The notes under the pieces are model-generated. The model was not told where the DNA came from. It saw only the letters and a program-made list of their open reading frames with translations, and searched no databases. A stretch of DNA of 63,824 nt, filler included, from Sphacelaria rigidula (Eukaryota): the NCBI GenBank assembly GCA_964200075.2. It is 9 parts of 9 records of this genome, joined end to end, with 100 filler letters (N's around TTAATTAATTAA, not from the genome) between each part and the next. Parts side by side here need not be neighbours in the genome. Positions count along the whole stretch, not along the records: positions 7,104 to 14,106 come from CAXNAA020017003.1; positions 14,207 to 21,209 come from CAXNAA020017004.1; positions 21,310 to 28,312 come from CAXNAA020017005.1; 6 more parts are not named here. One strand, written 5' to 3'. The position numbers were made by a program, and so were the translations under genes. Below are positions 11,994 to 23,994 of the stretch, piece after piece. Position 1 is the stretch's first letter. Each line of letters opens with the position of its first letter.

Positions 11994-14029
11994 CTCAGTA
12001 AGGAAATCACTAAATCGGGACTTTTTTCGCAGACAATTTATCAGTTTTACTCGAAAGTCTCAGGATCCGGTAGATTCTGGTGACAGAAAAAGAAAATTTA
12101 CACCGAATGTCCCCCAAGTCTGTGTTGTCGGAGCAGTTGGGGGAGGTAACCCATTTCCTTGTGTGGAGTGTGTTATTGACAGTGTTTTAACCCATCTAAA
12201 AACATTTATGAGTCAGAGCTTGGGGCTACGCAGTCGAAATAACCTCGATAGTCGGTTGTTTAGCCCATTAGCCGTTCGATAATGATCGTAGAAGTGTGTG
12301 TGTGTTTTTTCCAGGAATCTTAGGCTGATACTGACATCTCCCAATTCCCCAACTTCGAGAGTAACGTTCCCCGTTAGATGTGATGGCAACCGAAAAAAAC
12401 AGAAAAACTGCTTTCAACCTAAATTCCGGCACTCCGGTACCTTTTACATCTCACACCTTACTCCTCATGGTACTCTGCGTTCACGTAGGCAGATACGACC
12501 CTTGAGAGGGGGTGAATTACCACCAGGGCCCGTCGAAGACTCCACATTCCATCATACTGGCGACGACCCCCGCGACACAATTCTACTTGCTTCGTGACCG
12601 GAAGGTTCGATTCATAGGTTCGAACATCCTGCCGCGCACCCAGGGTCGAAATGGTCCAGCTCGACGAATTATGTCGGGATGATACGCATTCGATTCTCGG
12701 CAGAGTGCGTTTTTCTTCTTTCTGAGAAATATATGATTTTCGCAGTTAGAAACGTGAGGATGTCAACACTATTCGTGGTAAACAAACTTTCCTTGACAGT
12801 CGCCGCCGTAGGAATTGCTGATCCAACCCGCCATTCCAAAATGTAAGGCGTGCATCGGGGAAGAGATACGTTGATCCCTTGAGGCCACGGGCTTGTCCCG
12901 AGATAGCGGAGGAGAAGATGTGACGTCAATCGCCTTCGTCAAAATTCAACAGAACGTCGCAAAAATGGTGGGAGACAACCAAACAAAGTTCATCACCCCA
13001 CGAACGAACCTCCTGCGGGGATTGTTGCCTTGAGCACCCAACATACGCAGTACACACGTGGAACAGACTTGCTAACTACTCTCACCGCCAGCCGACTCGC
13101 AACTAACCCGTTTGAAATCGTTGGTTGATTAAGCAACGATTTTCACGTGAAGATACGACACACACGCGCCCCGTACACACGGAAAGCATAACTTTGCCGG
13201 GATGAACATGCTGTGTTGGAACCGCGGCGGTGAACTGGCTTGTTTGGCTGCACAACCTTTGATGCGTAAAGTCTAGATAGGGCCTCATGGCGTTCAAAGT
13301 CCAGAAATAGGGCATCGATCTCGGCGGTGGCGTTTTTATTGCCGTACCGCGCTGTTTGTACTGTACCGTAACGTACCTGACTGTCTGTCTGTACTGCACT
13401 GTACTGTGTAGATTAGCCTGCGTTGCATACCCGTCTGTCGTTCGTCCTGACGCCAAAGGCGGTTCCAACGCCACGGCCATTATAGTTGTTGATGACGTCA
13501 AAAAAAATCGTTCTACGGGGTAGTCGTCGCACTGTACCGACTAAGGGGCAGCCGGCAGCAGTGCGACAGCAATGAACGGAACCAAATCATCATCATCCCA
13601 TCGTCTCATCATGGTATGCAGTGTCTTCTAGCTGTACATGTTGTGACACATACCGCGATTATGCCAGCCAGAGTAGCAATCGGAGCTATGGTAATCGTCG
13701 GAGTGATCGCACCGTGGTGCCATATAAAAGCAAGAACGAAAGAGGATTCAATTATATTTCGCACCGGTATCGGAGTAAACGCACCGGGCTGCGGTAACTC
13801 CGAGGAAACCCCAGTTGATGCGAGAGGTCACCTGTTGCCACGAGTGGGTCCGGAACACTTTTTGAGCTGCAACAGTTTATCGCAGCGCTTTCATATCGAC
13901 ATATCGACATGGCACAATGTGCATGTGCATGCACACAACTCAGCGAAAAACCATGACAGTGTATGGCATGGTACAAGCTTCCTCGCCGGCTGATCGCCCG
14001 CCTCAGTGCCATCATGATTAGTGATGAGT

Positions 14030-14063
<34 letters not shown>

Positions 14064-14494
14064 TTCCGCGCCCCCGCTCGCGCCACCCCACCCCGTCTCC
14101 CTCTGCNNNNNNNNNNNNNNNNNNNNNNNNNNNNNNNNNNNNNNNNNNNNTTAATTAATTAANNNNNNNNNNNNNNNNNNNNNNNNNNNNNNNNNNNNNN
14201 NNNNNNTTGTAGGGATGCGAGGTCAATGGTCTGATGACTATGGCATGCACGATGATGAGTACACCCCCCTCCCCCGTCGCCAAGAATGAGGTTTTCGGGA
14301 ATCGGGGGCGGTGTGAAACGTATTCCAGTCTGTAAGGCTCGTTGAAGGAATCGATCCCGTCAGAGGATTGCGGAGGACTGCTCATACTCTCAAGTACGCA
14401 ACAGCGACCAAAGGGAGGGTATTACAGAATACTCTGAGGGTTGAGGGAAAATTACGCTGGATGGGAGCCAACTGACCACGTGTATATTTGGCAC

Positions 14495-14803
14495 ACAACA
14501 ATGTTTTTGTGAGACTGGGAGTAGCGGATACGATTGAGAGTGAAAAGCGGTCAGTTAGTTCATGAATCGTTTCAGTTCCGAAATGCCCCTGCTCCGCGAG
14601 GCCCGATATGCTTTCTGTAGTAGCTTTCCACAGAGGCCCTTGATATCCCTGAGTAGGATATCGACGTGGAGGTGTAAGCACAGGCCAGTGATGCAGGGTA
14701 GAAAAGCACACACGGAATGGATAATGGGCCAAGATACAGCGAATTATCAAAGCCACTCTCAATCAACGCTCTACTCTCAATCTCACGAAAACGTTGTTAC
14801 ACG
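14495..14803. mobile_element. MITE of about 300 bp with ~45-bp TIRs. Copies at ~17553-17835, ~28515-28815 and an inverted partial copy at ~28888-29110
   Basis: Consensus TIR ACAACGTTTTCGTGAGATTGAGAGTAGAG and its complement CTCTACTCTCAATCTCACGAAAACGTTGT. Shared core GATATCCCTGAGTAGGATATCGACGTG. Confidence 0.75.
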
Positions 14804-16443
14804 CATCAATCTTGAAACTACAGGTGGGTCCCTCTGGGATCAAAGATCAGCGATTAGATATCAGACATCTCTTGATGTGCGACAAAAAAAGAAAAAAAAA
14901 AGAAATCGACAACTCACTTAAGGCGTCCTTTTTCACCCACGCATTGAGAATCATTGCTTCGCGGGCCATATTTGTGGATTCAAGTACACCAATTTTCACA
15001 ACGACGTATCATAGCACACAAATGGTATGTTAAATGGACTCAAAAAATGAAGAACGGAAGCTTGTCGATTTACACACATTTTGCGAGCATTGTGAACGGA
15101 CTCAACCAATGAAAAACATCAACTTATCGAATATTTGAACCTGTAAACCACCACTACCACCACATAAATGCACTCAACAACCCCCGTCGGCATAGCCAGA
15201 AAAGGCCTTGAAGAAGCGAGTCTTCTATACCTTTTAAAAATGGTCGACGACTATCTACGACCCCCGTGTGTTGTACACCATCTGAGCCGACGTGCAGGGA
15301 TGCCAGCATACATACCGTGATGATGTCTAGTAGAACATTTTGAACAGATTTCACTCACCACTGCATTGTATCGCAACTTTAAAGGTGTTTCGTACTTACA
15401 AAGAAAGCCACGCAACGATGGGGATCGACAACATAACAGTAGAAAGGGGAGAGTGAACCTTACTCGTTCTCTGCTTCAGTGGTAGCAACCAGGTACAGCA
15501 CGGTATGTTATCAATCAGCCGCTGTGCTAATCACGTCCATTTCCGACTCGTGTCGGTTGTGCTTTTGTAATGAAACCACTGCACTGTGTACTGTGCTTCA
15601 CACGGAGATAGTTTACTTGTGAACCATACCGTATCTTGCCACGCTCTGAAGACGCCTGCCAGGTCTGCCAGTACGACGAAGAAGGTTACATACATTCATC
15701 GCTATTGCAGCAGTGTGCAAACGTGACAGATTAAAATTATGTAACATCCTTCACGCAATGTGGTATATTATTCCACAAGCTTTTCCCCACGCTATGACTC
15801 CAACGTATCGTGTTACCCACACGCCCGAGACACATCCAGTAACCATGTACACACATGTATATGTTGTGTGCTCAAACGTACTGCAATACACACTACGTCA
15901 GTGTATCGACAATTGCAACTCTGAAAAAACGCCACAAACTGCACACCCCACGTCGAAACGACTTGAATAACTCAGAACACGGAACATGGAACACGTCTCA
16001 CGCCACTGTGCTCGACGATTAATCGTACTAAGGCCGCGCACAACTCCCGACGAAGAGTTGAACGACTTGCACTACTGGTACTACTACTCGGATGCGGATT
16101 AAAACCTCACCTAGCTCCGTGATATGTGGGTGTATACGGACGGGGCACAAGTGAACTCGTTTTCTTAAGATGCCAACACAAACTCTTACGCAAATACATG
16201 TATATACGCATGCACACTAAACACACACAATCATCTCCTGAAACAAATGGCATATTCCATTTAAAGACGCCAACCAAGAGAGGGAAGTTGTGTGGGACAG
16301 GGCACATGCTCTGACGTATATGCGTTTTCAGGGTATATTGAGCACCCAACACCCGATAATCAATACTTAAAAGTACTCACTCAGGGCATCGACTGCCGAA
16401 ACTAGTGAGAATCCCGGAATACCTGTAGTACCGACAAAAAAAA

Positions 16444-16511
16444 GGGTTAGGGTTAGGGTTAGGGCTAGGGCTAGGGGTTAGGGGTTAGGGGTTAGGGGTT
16501 AGGGGTTAGGG
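16444..16511 (+). repeat. Interstitial telomere-like tract (TTAGGG/CTAGGG/TTAGGGG)
   Basis: Directly visible tandem units, well inside the contig. Confidence 0.9.
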
Positions 16512-17088
16512 ATCCCCTATCCAGTTTACCCGAGCACCCACGCGTATTCTTTGCCTTATCCTGCCTCGCCCTACCCTGAGCGCCTTTGCTACGTGGTTCA
16601 TTCACTCCCCCCCCTCCCCCAACAATGGTCAAACGACAAGGGCAAGCAACAGATGAATCCCCCCCCCCTCCCTCCCCGCGCGCACACCCTCCGTCACGAT
16701 CGTTCAAGTGAAGCGAGAACATCGACAAATGGTTCAATGGAGCAATACTACCTCCCGAAGGGCGCCCGCTTCCAAAACCCTTCATACTCATATACATATG
16801 GACTGCATGTGAAAAAGGTACGCCTTTAGTATACGGTAGGAATTTGCATCCGTCGAGAGTTCATATATATCTACACATGCTGTCGGCCTTCACTAACCCA
16901 GTACAGCAATGCCATTCCAGCTAATCGAATCAACCTGCATTCGTTCAATTCCCGTCTCGCCCGCTGTGCCTAGACCATCCGACGGTGCCAGCTTCCCGAA
17001 CCCCTGTTTCTGCGACATCCTCCAAAAGGCGAAAGGAGAAGTGGTCTTTGCTCGGTCGCGTAATGGCATACTTTGGAAGAAAATTCTT

Positions 17089-17240
17089 TCACCACGAGGC
17101 GATCCCTATCACGATGGCTTGCGCAATAGGGAGAATAAGAAAAAGTAGGCCAGCGCCACCAGCGACTGCTCGACGTCGCGCTCCACTGTATGACACGCCG
17201 TCGACAGTCACGCTTGAATCCCTTGTTACATATATATCAC
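17089..17240 (-). CDS. Terminal exon of Pmp-like beta-helix repeat (adhesin-like) protein, with a C-terminal hydrophobic GPI/TM-like tail
   Basis: ccacag|GT (phase 1). Translation (G)DIYVTRDSSVTVDGVSYSGARRRAVAGGAGLLFLILPIAQAIVIGIASW*, with the stop at 17089-17091. Confidence 0.8.
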
Positions 17241-17953
17241 CTGTGGGTGATAGTTAACGTAGAGGTATTATATGAACCATCGCAAAGGGTAGCGGGCAAC
17301 ACACCGATGAACCTCCTACCATTGGCTGTCATGTCATTAATGTCGAGATACTGACACACTAGAACGCGTGTACCACATACCACGTGGTATGGATTGTGTA
17401 CATATGTGATATGTGTTCGGTACTATATCGAGCAGCGAGTTCCCTCCCAGAGCCTTGCTGTACCACTTTTTTGGTATGAGAAAGACGGGCGACGGTAGAT
17501 TAGAGTAACAACGCGGAAAACGCACGAGCTGCAGCTTGTGAGTATATACATATGACAACGTTTTCGTGAGATTGAGTGTAGAGCGCTGATCGAGAGCGGC
17601 TTTGATCATTCGCTTCAACGTAGCCAATTTCTCATTCCGTGTGTGCTTTTCTTTGCCTCTATCACTGGCGTGTGCTTACAGCTACACGTCGATATCCCAA
17701 TCAGGGATATCAAGGGCCTCGGGGGCAAGCTACTGAAGGAAGCATATCGGGTATAAATTTATTCACAATTTGACCATTTTTCACTCTCAATCGTTTCCTC
17801 TACTCCCACTCTCACGAAAACATTGTTATTTACACGATGGCATTTTCCAAAAAACATCCAAGTCCTGACAACGCAATACGAGTTCAGGAGTAGATGAACC
17901 CATGGTAAAGTGAACTCTATATACGGTCGGTACTCGATGTCTCTGTCTCTCAC

Positions 17954-18034
17954 CGCCTTCCTTAGCCTCGTTGTCCACAAAATGTGGTTCGCCTACCATG
18001 GTGATGATCGAGTCCCTAGTCACGTAGACAGCTC
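17954..18034 (-). CDS. Pmp-like repeat exon (81 bp, phase 1/1)
   Basis: gcgcag|GA...G|GTGAGA. Translation (G)AVYVTRDSIITMVGEPHFVDNEAKEG(G). Confidence 0.85.
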
Positions 18035-18399
18035 CTGCGCGAGTACACATTCACACCGTGTCGAAGGAGACCGCGCACCAGCATGCAAAAATCGAATGTG
18101 TAGCATGACGCACCCAGTCACTCGAAGATCGATCGCAAACATAATTCAAACAAGCCCATCGATCATACCGCGGCATCGGGCACGGGTCGTCTAATATTAG
18201 ACTGCGTCATTCCAAACGCTGATGCAGCGACGATGGTTGGGTGATGGATCACACATTAACTGATGATCCCCGCGGAATTGTGCTCTGCTATCGATGAAGT
18301 CTCTGTGAAAACCACCTATCGGCGCGAGATCTTGTTGACGTCCCCATCGCTGTCAAAAATATATTTCGGACGCAAAACGAGCACTCGCGATGCACCGAC

Positions 18400-18790
18400 G
18401 AGCCCCGCGGGGCTTTTGCTAGTGTAAACGCATTACGTGTGTCGGTATTTTTATGGCGGTGCAAGACTTTGCGGGCGCACAAGTACGACATACAGCGAAA
18501 TGACGGTGTCGTGCGTTCAAACCAGATTTCCGTGGTACATCACGGACTGCATGCGGTTGATGGTGTGACCACACGATCTCGGCTTGAATCGTTCATCCGC
18601 CATCAAGGGAAGCAATGGCCTCTAGCAAGATATTTTCTCCCGTTCACGCGAACATACGAATGCACTCCTGGGAGATACTGTATACCAACCTTTGGCAGCG
18701 CGTTGATGGTGTGTCGCGCAGGGTGGCGTCACCCGCAATGTTCTTGCTGATCAAGTTGCTGCTTCTAAACCATATGCAATGGCTGCGGGT
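18400..18790 (+). pseudogene. Possible degenerate C-terminus of a restriction-like-endonuclease non-LTR retrotransposon, inside an intron
   Basis: Fragments RLESFIRHQG (cf. ESFGRLG) and LWQRVDGVSRRV (cf. LQ...ISRRV) in different frames. Weak. Confidence 0.25.
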
Positions 18791-18826
18791 ATAGTTCGCC
18801 TTTTGTACACACGCAGCGCAACTCAC

Positions 18827-18907
18827 CACCATCTTCCGTTGCCGTGTTTCCCCTGAACCATTCTGTGCCGGCCAGGGTAATGTTAGCCCACTGCACGTAT
18901 AGCGCTC
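18827..18907 (-). CDS. Pmp-like repeat exon (81 bp, phase 1/1)
   Basis: tcgcag|GA...G|GTGAGT. Translation (G)ALYVQWANITLAGTEWFRGNTATEDG(G). Confidence 0.85.
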
Positions 18908-19581
18908 CTGCGATTAGTTTGGTACAGGGGATAGTCATTCGGAAAGGCGAGGGAAAATTTCACACGGTGTTTCGCTGGCACAGGGCAGCAGATAATTTCA
19001 TAGCGAGACTCTGGGTTACTCGACCGCCAGTATAGCTCTGTCAGTGTCAGGCTCATCGTTGGGTAACGAAGGTTGGGGGTAGTACACTGCAGCGCGAACT
19101 CGCGGGTGGGTGCGTCAACGGTGACCTAGTCGAAATGGGCGGCACTGCCGGTATACACGCTCACTTGAGACGGCAATCCGTGGATGCAGTAGTAGAACAT
19201 TGCTCCCACCAAAAAACGCGATGCCAGTCTGTTGCGGCGAATCTGGGTGTCGTTATCCGCAATTATAGCTAGCCCGAGCGATCTCGTATCAGCGAACACG
19301 CCATGCATCCCTCGACACCCTGAGTTTTCGACCACTCATGCCCGGTGTCGTGCACTGTGCTGTGACAGCGTAAGCGAGTGCAAAACTACATTCCAACTGC
19401 GCTCGTCGAGTAAGACGAGCAGTCCGACCATGCAACAAGTGTCATTCAACGAGATATACATACAGACACCACAGTAGTGCGCTACCCTGCAGATTTCAGA
19501 CCATCACCCTAACGTCTGTCTGGAATGTAACTGCTAATGTGCTACAGGTAAAACCCACACCTAGCTCGAGCCGTCACTCAC

Positions 19582-19659
19582 CCCCAGCTATCCCGTGATT
19601 TTCGGTGAAGACTGTTAAGCCGTCGACGAACACGTCGCTGGAGAATACGTTCACGGCGC
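19582..19659 (-). CDS. Pmp-like repeat exon (78 bp, phase 1/1)
   Basis: ctgcag|GC...G|GTGAGT. Translation (G)AVNVFSSDVFVDGLTVFTENHGIAG(G). Confidence 0.85.
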
Positions 19660-20129
19660 CTGCAGAGGACAGCGAACCACATGCGAACCCATTGACCACA
19701 AGAATGGCGGTATCGAACGACAACGTGTCCGTGCGAGAAACATTTCAAAGACAGCCCTATCCCACCCGACGTTTTTAAAACAAGCTTATTTTTCCATGGT
19801 AGTATCGCCACCGCAAGATTTTCTGAACAAAGTCCATACGAGCACCCTGTGCCCCGTGAAATTCGCCCCGCGGTATTTCACGGCGGGGGTGAGTAACTGA
19901 TTCCAGACTGCTCGGCGATAAATTTTCGCTGCCTGTCGTATTCTTGCTCCTGTCTTTTTTCTGTCGTGCTGGCGGCTAAGATTGCGGTCTTTCGATAGCT
20001 GCTTCACATCCTTGTTCCACAGCCTTGCTTCTTATGGCATTCTTGCCTGAAGCCCCAGCCATGGGGCTCTCGGGAATTCTCTCGGGGCTTGCACTAGTTT
20101 CTAGCCTGGAGTCTACGCTAGGCCACTTA

Positions 20130-20270
20130 TCTGATTCATTGATTCATTGATTCGTTTATTCATTGATTCATTGTCGCACTTTATCTGACCCCCCAGGGAT
20201 CCGGCCGTGGTCTTATGATAGACGTACCCAAGAAAAGCGAAACTGATACACGCTCTGAAGAAAAATAAAA
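20130..20270 (-). mobile_element. Retroelement 3'-end family with an (AATG/AATC)n tail. Copies at ~21460-21580, ~46030-46148 (opposite strand) and ~57860-57980
   Basis: Shared TTGGGTACGTCTATCAT..GACCACGGC.GGATCCCTGGGGG..A..AAGTGCGACAAT core followed by a microsatellite-like tail. Confidence 0.6.
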
Positions 20271-20710
20271 TCGAACAGATCGATATACAGACCAAGTCGG
20301 GGCGGGAAAAAAAAGGAATAAAAAAGTCAACACAAGCAGAGCACAGAAAGAAATGGCCGACCTGACTACAAAAAAAAGTCCCTGTTTCTTTCATCGTATC
20401 CCATGTTCCCTGTCTTGTCGGCTTACCGTGGGATGAATGCTACTTCATCTCGCGACGATCGATGCATCCATGGATCAACAACGTACGCATGATGACTAAC
20501 CAATGTAGCACCCGCGACACATCAGCCGGGCAGTCACAGTACAGTCACGAACATTCGGTCTTTGTGTACTCAAACCTTCACCGTACCCGTGCCTACGATA
20601 AGCTTGTTCGAGGCCGTCCGTAGGAGCCTCCTTGACCATACATACGTTTGGCATGACAGACAATCGAAATGTCTGCATGTGCTTCCAGCATGACAGACTG
20701 AAAGACTTAC

Positions 20711-20788
20711 CACCGAGTCCCCCTGTGTTGCCGGTGAAGTGTACTTCACCAACAACAGTGGTCGCGCTTTCCCACAGCGTTAAGGCAC
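20711..20788 (-). CDS. Pmp-like repeat exon (78 bp, phase 1/1). The 5' part of the gene lies beyond the contig end
   Basis: acgcag|GT...G|GTAAGT. Translation (G)ALTLWESATTVVGEVHFTGNTGGLG(G). Confidence 0.85.
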
Positions 20789-21605
20789 CTGCGTTATCGA
20801 CGGACAGGCAGGTGGAGCCAATCAGCTAGCATTCGGGGTCAGTGAGTATCACTGGGGTACTACTGCACAAAAAAAGAGACAAGCAGTCTCAATGTGCAGG
20901 GATACGAGATCGGCCGAAAACCTTTGTACAGTAGATGTGCAAAGCTGTAGTTCAAAACAGTAGCTACCTCCAAATATATGAGGGAAAACCAGATGCCGCC
21001 AACAGCATGGTGCTTCTGGTCTGACATAAATCAGCAGCTTCAAGCAGTTTCAAATGAACACCCAGATGCAACTAGCTGTTGATCCGCACCTGATCTACAC
21101 ATAACTGTCCTTGCTGGACGAAACCCGTTCAGAATTGGAACAGAGGGGGTGTACTCATGATCATGCATGCCATAGTCATAAGACCATTGACCTCGCATTC
21201 CTACAACACNNNNNNNNNNNNNNNNNNNNNNNNNNNNNNNNNNNNNNNNNNNNTTAATTAATTAANNNNNNNNNNNNNNNNNNNNNNNNNNNNNNNNNNN
21301 NNNNNNNNNCCCCCCCACCTCTACAACCCTCTAAGTGAGCAAGTTTGATATGCAATTCCAAAAAAAAAACAAAAAATAACTTCCCCCCCCCCCCCCCCCC
21401 CCCCTCTCCCCCCCAGCATGTGGCGTGTGGTCCCCAGGGAACTCCAAAAATAAGTTTATTGATTTTGATTGATAGATTGTCGCACTTCAACTGACCCCCA
21501 GGGATCCAGCCGTGGTCACATGATAGACATGCCCAAGAAAAACAAAACAGAAACACTCGCTGAAGAAAAGAAGGAAACTTCACCGGTGTATTCCAATCGC
21601 CACCT

Positions 21606-21882
21606 CCGCGCCCCGGTGGTGTAATGGTTCGATTGTCACCAATTAGGGTGGAGTGAACGAGGGTTCGAATCCCAAAGTGTTAGTTTTTTCCTTGCAAGTA
21701 TTTGACTTCCACCGTCGGAAGCGTTAGCGCGTGAGTAAACAAAAAGTACTTGGCTCAATATCGTCTGACGAGAGTTTAAGCGGTGCGGGAGTGCTGCCCA
21801 AGTCCGCGAGACCAGAATGCAAGGCGTGTACCGGGGAGAGATGCGTTGATCCCTTGAGACCACGGACTCGTCCCGAGGAAGC
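21606..21882 (+). mobile_element. tRNA-derived SINE family 2. Copies at 25826-26141 (-), 48123-48420 (+), ~61735-61985 (+), with partial copies at ~12780-12910 and ~24785-24925
   Basis: Head CCGCGCCCCGGTGGTGTAATGG (A box)...GGTTCGAATCCC (B box). Body AATGCAAGGCGTGTACCGGGGAGAGATG...CCACGGACTCGTCCCGAG recurs across contigs. Confidence 0.75.
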
Positions 21883-21886
21883 GGGG

Positions 21887-22403
21887 TGTGTGTGTGTGTT
21901 CATAATCTTGCATGCCGTCGTCATAAGATCATTGACCTCGCATCCCTACAAAGCCGGGACGGATCACGCCGGGTTTTCGCCGGAACAGGCTCGCAGTCAA
22001 TCACCGAGCGCGAAGCGCCGTGGTGTGTTCGGTGAGTTGCATGAAGCAAGAGCCGCATCCTGCTGAGATTGTTCGGCCCGAAGCGTAATGGTTATCTTGC
22101 ATTTGGATGACAGCCTCCAACAAGTTGCTTCATTTACTGGTATCGTCACTTCCAGAGACAGACATGGCTTCCACACTGCCTCATGGGTGTCTCGCTATTT
22201 AAACACTACGTTGTACGATTATCCCCTTTGCGCGGAGATGAGGTTCTCCCACCCCGCTCGATATGATCTAGCCCGACCACCATCATGATTACCGCAAGGA
22301 AAACGCAAGTGCGCAAAACAAATCGGTAACCTGTTTGGCTACCTTACGCAGTGAGTGTCGTGTTTTACAGCGTCACCGCCAACCGACGCCAACCCCATAG
22401 GGG
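21887..22403 (-). mobile_element. Apparently full-length (~520 bp) non-autonomous retroelement 'family A' ending in ...ATGAGTACACCCCC (consensus), with a ~15-bp TSD
   Basis: Flanked by GTCCCGAGGAAG(C)GGGG at 21870-21886 and 22404-22418, where it splits a SINE2 tail. Second long copy at 24101-24617. Fragments at 14207-14270, 21145-21209, 35516-35588, 49290-49620 and 61162-61282. Confidence 0.75.
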
Positions 22404-23444
22404 GTCCCGAGGAAGGGGAGGAGTTCAAAGTGCGCCAAAACAAATCCACATCAATGCGATCTTTCCAACTCGCGTTCAACTCATATCAATCTCTTGTAAA
22501 CAGGGCACATCCTTGCTCCGAGTCCAGTAGCACACTCTTAACAGGTGAACCAACTTAGGATTCTCAGCTATGGCTACGTATAGCAGCCTAACGAATAGGA
22601 TTTAATTCGCCCCGCCTCCCCACTTTTAGATCGTAGGTGCAATTGCGGTAAATAATCTAGCCCGACGCTGTCAGAGTAAGAATCAAGTATCTTGGGCGCA
22701 GGTTGTTCGTGAGGTCACTCCGAAGTATTCCTTCCGCCCCCTCCCTTCCCACCGAATTTGGGCTTATACGAAGCTGGGCCAGCCAACACATTTTTTATTC
22801 GGGGGATTGGTGACGCGCGACTAGATTCGGGGAGTTAGACGTTGAAATAATGACACGACATTTTCATCAAGACGCGAAACAATCTTTGGGATACGAAGAA
22901 AAAGAAACAGAAAGTTGGAGCGATTAGAAATTTCAGAATAATATAGAAAATGCCACAAATCCATGAAAAAAACAAAAAAAGCGGTCGTATTCCGAAAAAC
23001 GAATACCTCGCTCGCGTACAGAAGGTCATGGTAACATTTGGGCCGGAACATCCTCAAATTGGGCAGCGCGTGGAACTTTTTGTGTGACACCGCTGCGCCC
23101 CTGTAATCTAACTGATACAGAAGACTCCGGTTATGGAGGCCACGAGTTCCAACTCCGACATATCTTTTTTTTTTCGCAGAATCTGGTTCCGCCATTGAGG
23201 CTATATATAATACAGTACGTTCTTTCATATATTTTTCTGTAACGGAAGAGCGTGCATGGCGAGGTTGGTCTGCAGTTGACAGCAATATGCTTGAATCGGG
23301 CTGATTCGGGAAACTGAAGAAGCTGTGGTGCGCCCATGGGTTGTACGTCGTACATATACATGGCGTGCGGTGCCTGGACTGAAAGACAATGCACCTTTTG
23401 CTCCCAAAAGTGTGTTTAACAATATGTATGTATTCCACCTACTG

Positions 23445-23790
23445 TAGTGTTGTCGTCCCACCTATTCTGGGCGCCGGTCTACACCTTTCCGTATATGTGG
23501 GCGCACCAGTCGGGGTCACACAGGAGGAAGGTCAACACAGAAGCTTTTTATTTTTTGTTTGTTTTGAGTACCCCACCTTACTTCTGCTGTGCTTGCCTTT
23601 TTCTTTCTTCACCACGAGAGGGGTTCAGCAGTCCCTTTCCCTCGTCGACCGCTTAGTAGAATTTTGTGTACCCACGACATAGTCGCTCTTCACTGTTGGG
23701 CATGGTGTGCGAAACAAATCCCAGATTCGAACCCACGACTCAACCGTAAGAAGGTTTGGAGGTTACGAACTGAGCCACCAGGGCGACCGG
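23445..23790 (-). mobile_element. tRNA-derived SINE family 1
   Basis: Same head and body as the other family-1 copies. Confidence 0.8.
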
Positions 23791-23814
23791 TCGACTGAAG
23801 TAAGTGAAGCTCAC

Positions 23815-23994
23815 CTGTTGCAGCTCGTGGCTCGCAAGTTGGTGGCTGATCCCTTGCCTCGCCATCCTTCCACGTACCGTTCCGACGACTCCAGCCTTGG
23901 TGCTGGCGGATGCGCTGTCGGTCGTTGAAGGCGTGACGAATGTAACTCGACGCCAGCCATTCAAGAGTCCGGCGCTCGCGTAGTCACTCCTCAT
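23815..23994 (-). CDS. Probable internal exon of an unidentified gene. Candidate upstream exons at ~25395-25463 and ~26845-26990
   Basis: gcacag|ATG...CAG|GTGAGC, 180 bp, open in only one frame (MRSDYASAGLLNGWRRVTF...ELQQ). No domain recognised. Confidence 0.5.

Noticed and set aside
14207-14265. Hammerhead ribozyme suggested by CTGATGA in family A
   Set aside because: No suitably placed GAAA or stem II is visible, and other copies read CTTATGA or CTTACGA at this position.
15150-15700. Possible small minus-strand exons (KSVQNVLLDIIT; MYVTFFVVLADLAGVFRAWQDT), and similar candidates at ~29590-29750 and ~32590-32720
   Set aside because: Donor-like sites exist in some, but I could not build a consistent acceptor/phase chain or recognise a domain.
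16444-16511. True chromosome end
   Set aside because: The tract is short, has mixed unit types and is flanked by sequence on both sides within the contig.
22821-23438. 205-aa and other medium ORFs overlapping repeats
   Set aside because: Their composition is low-complexity and repeat-derived, with no coding signature.
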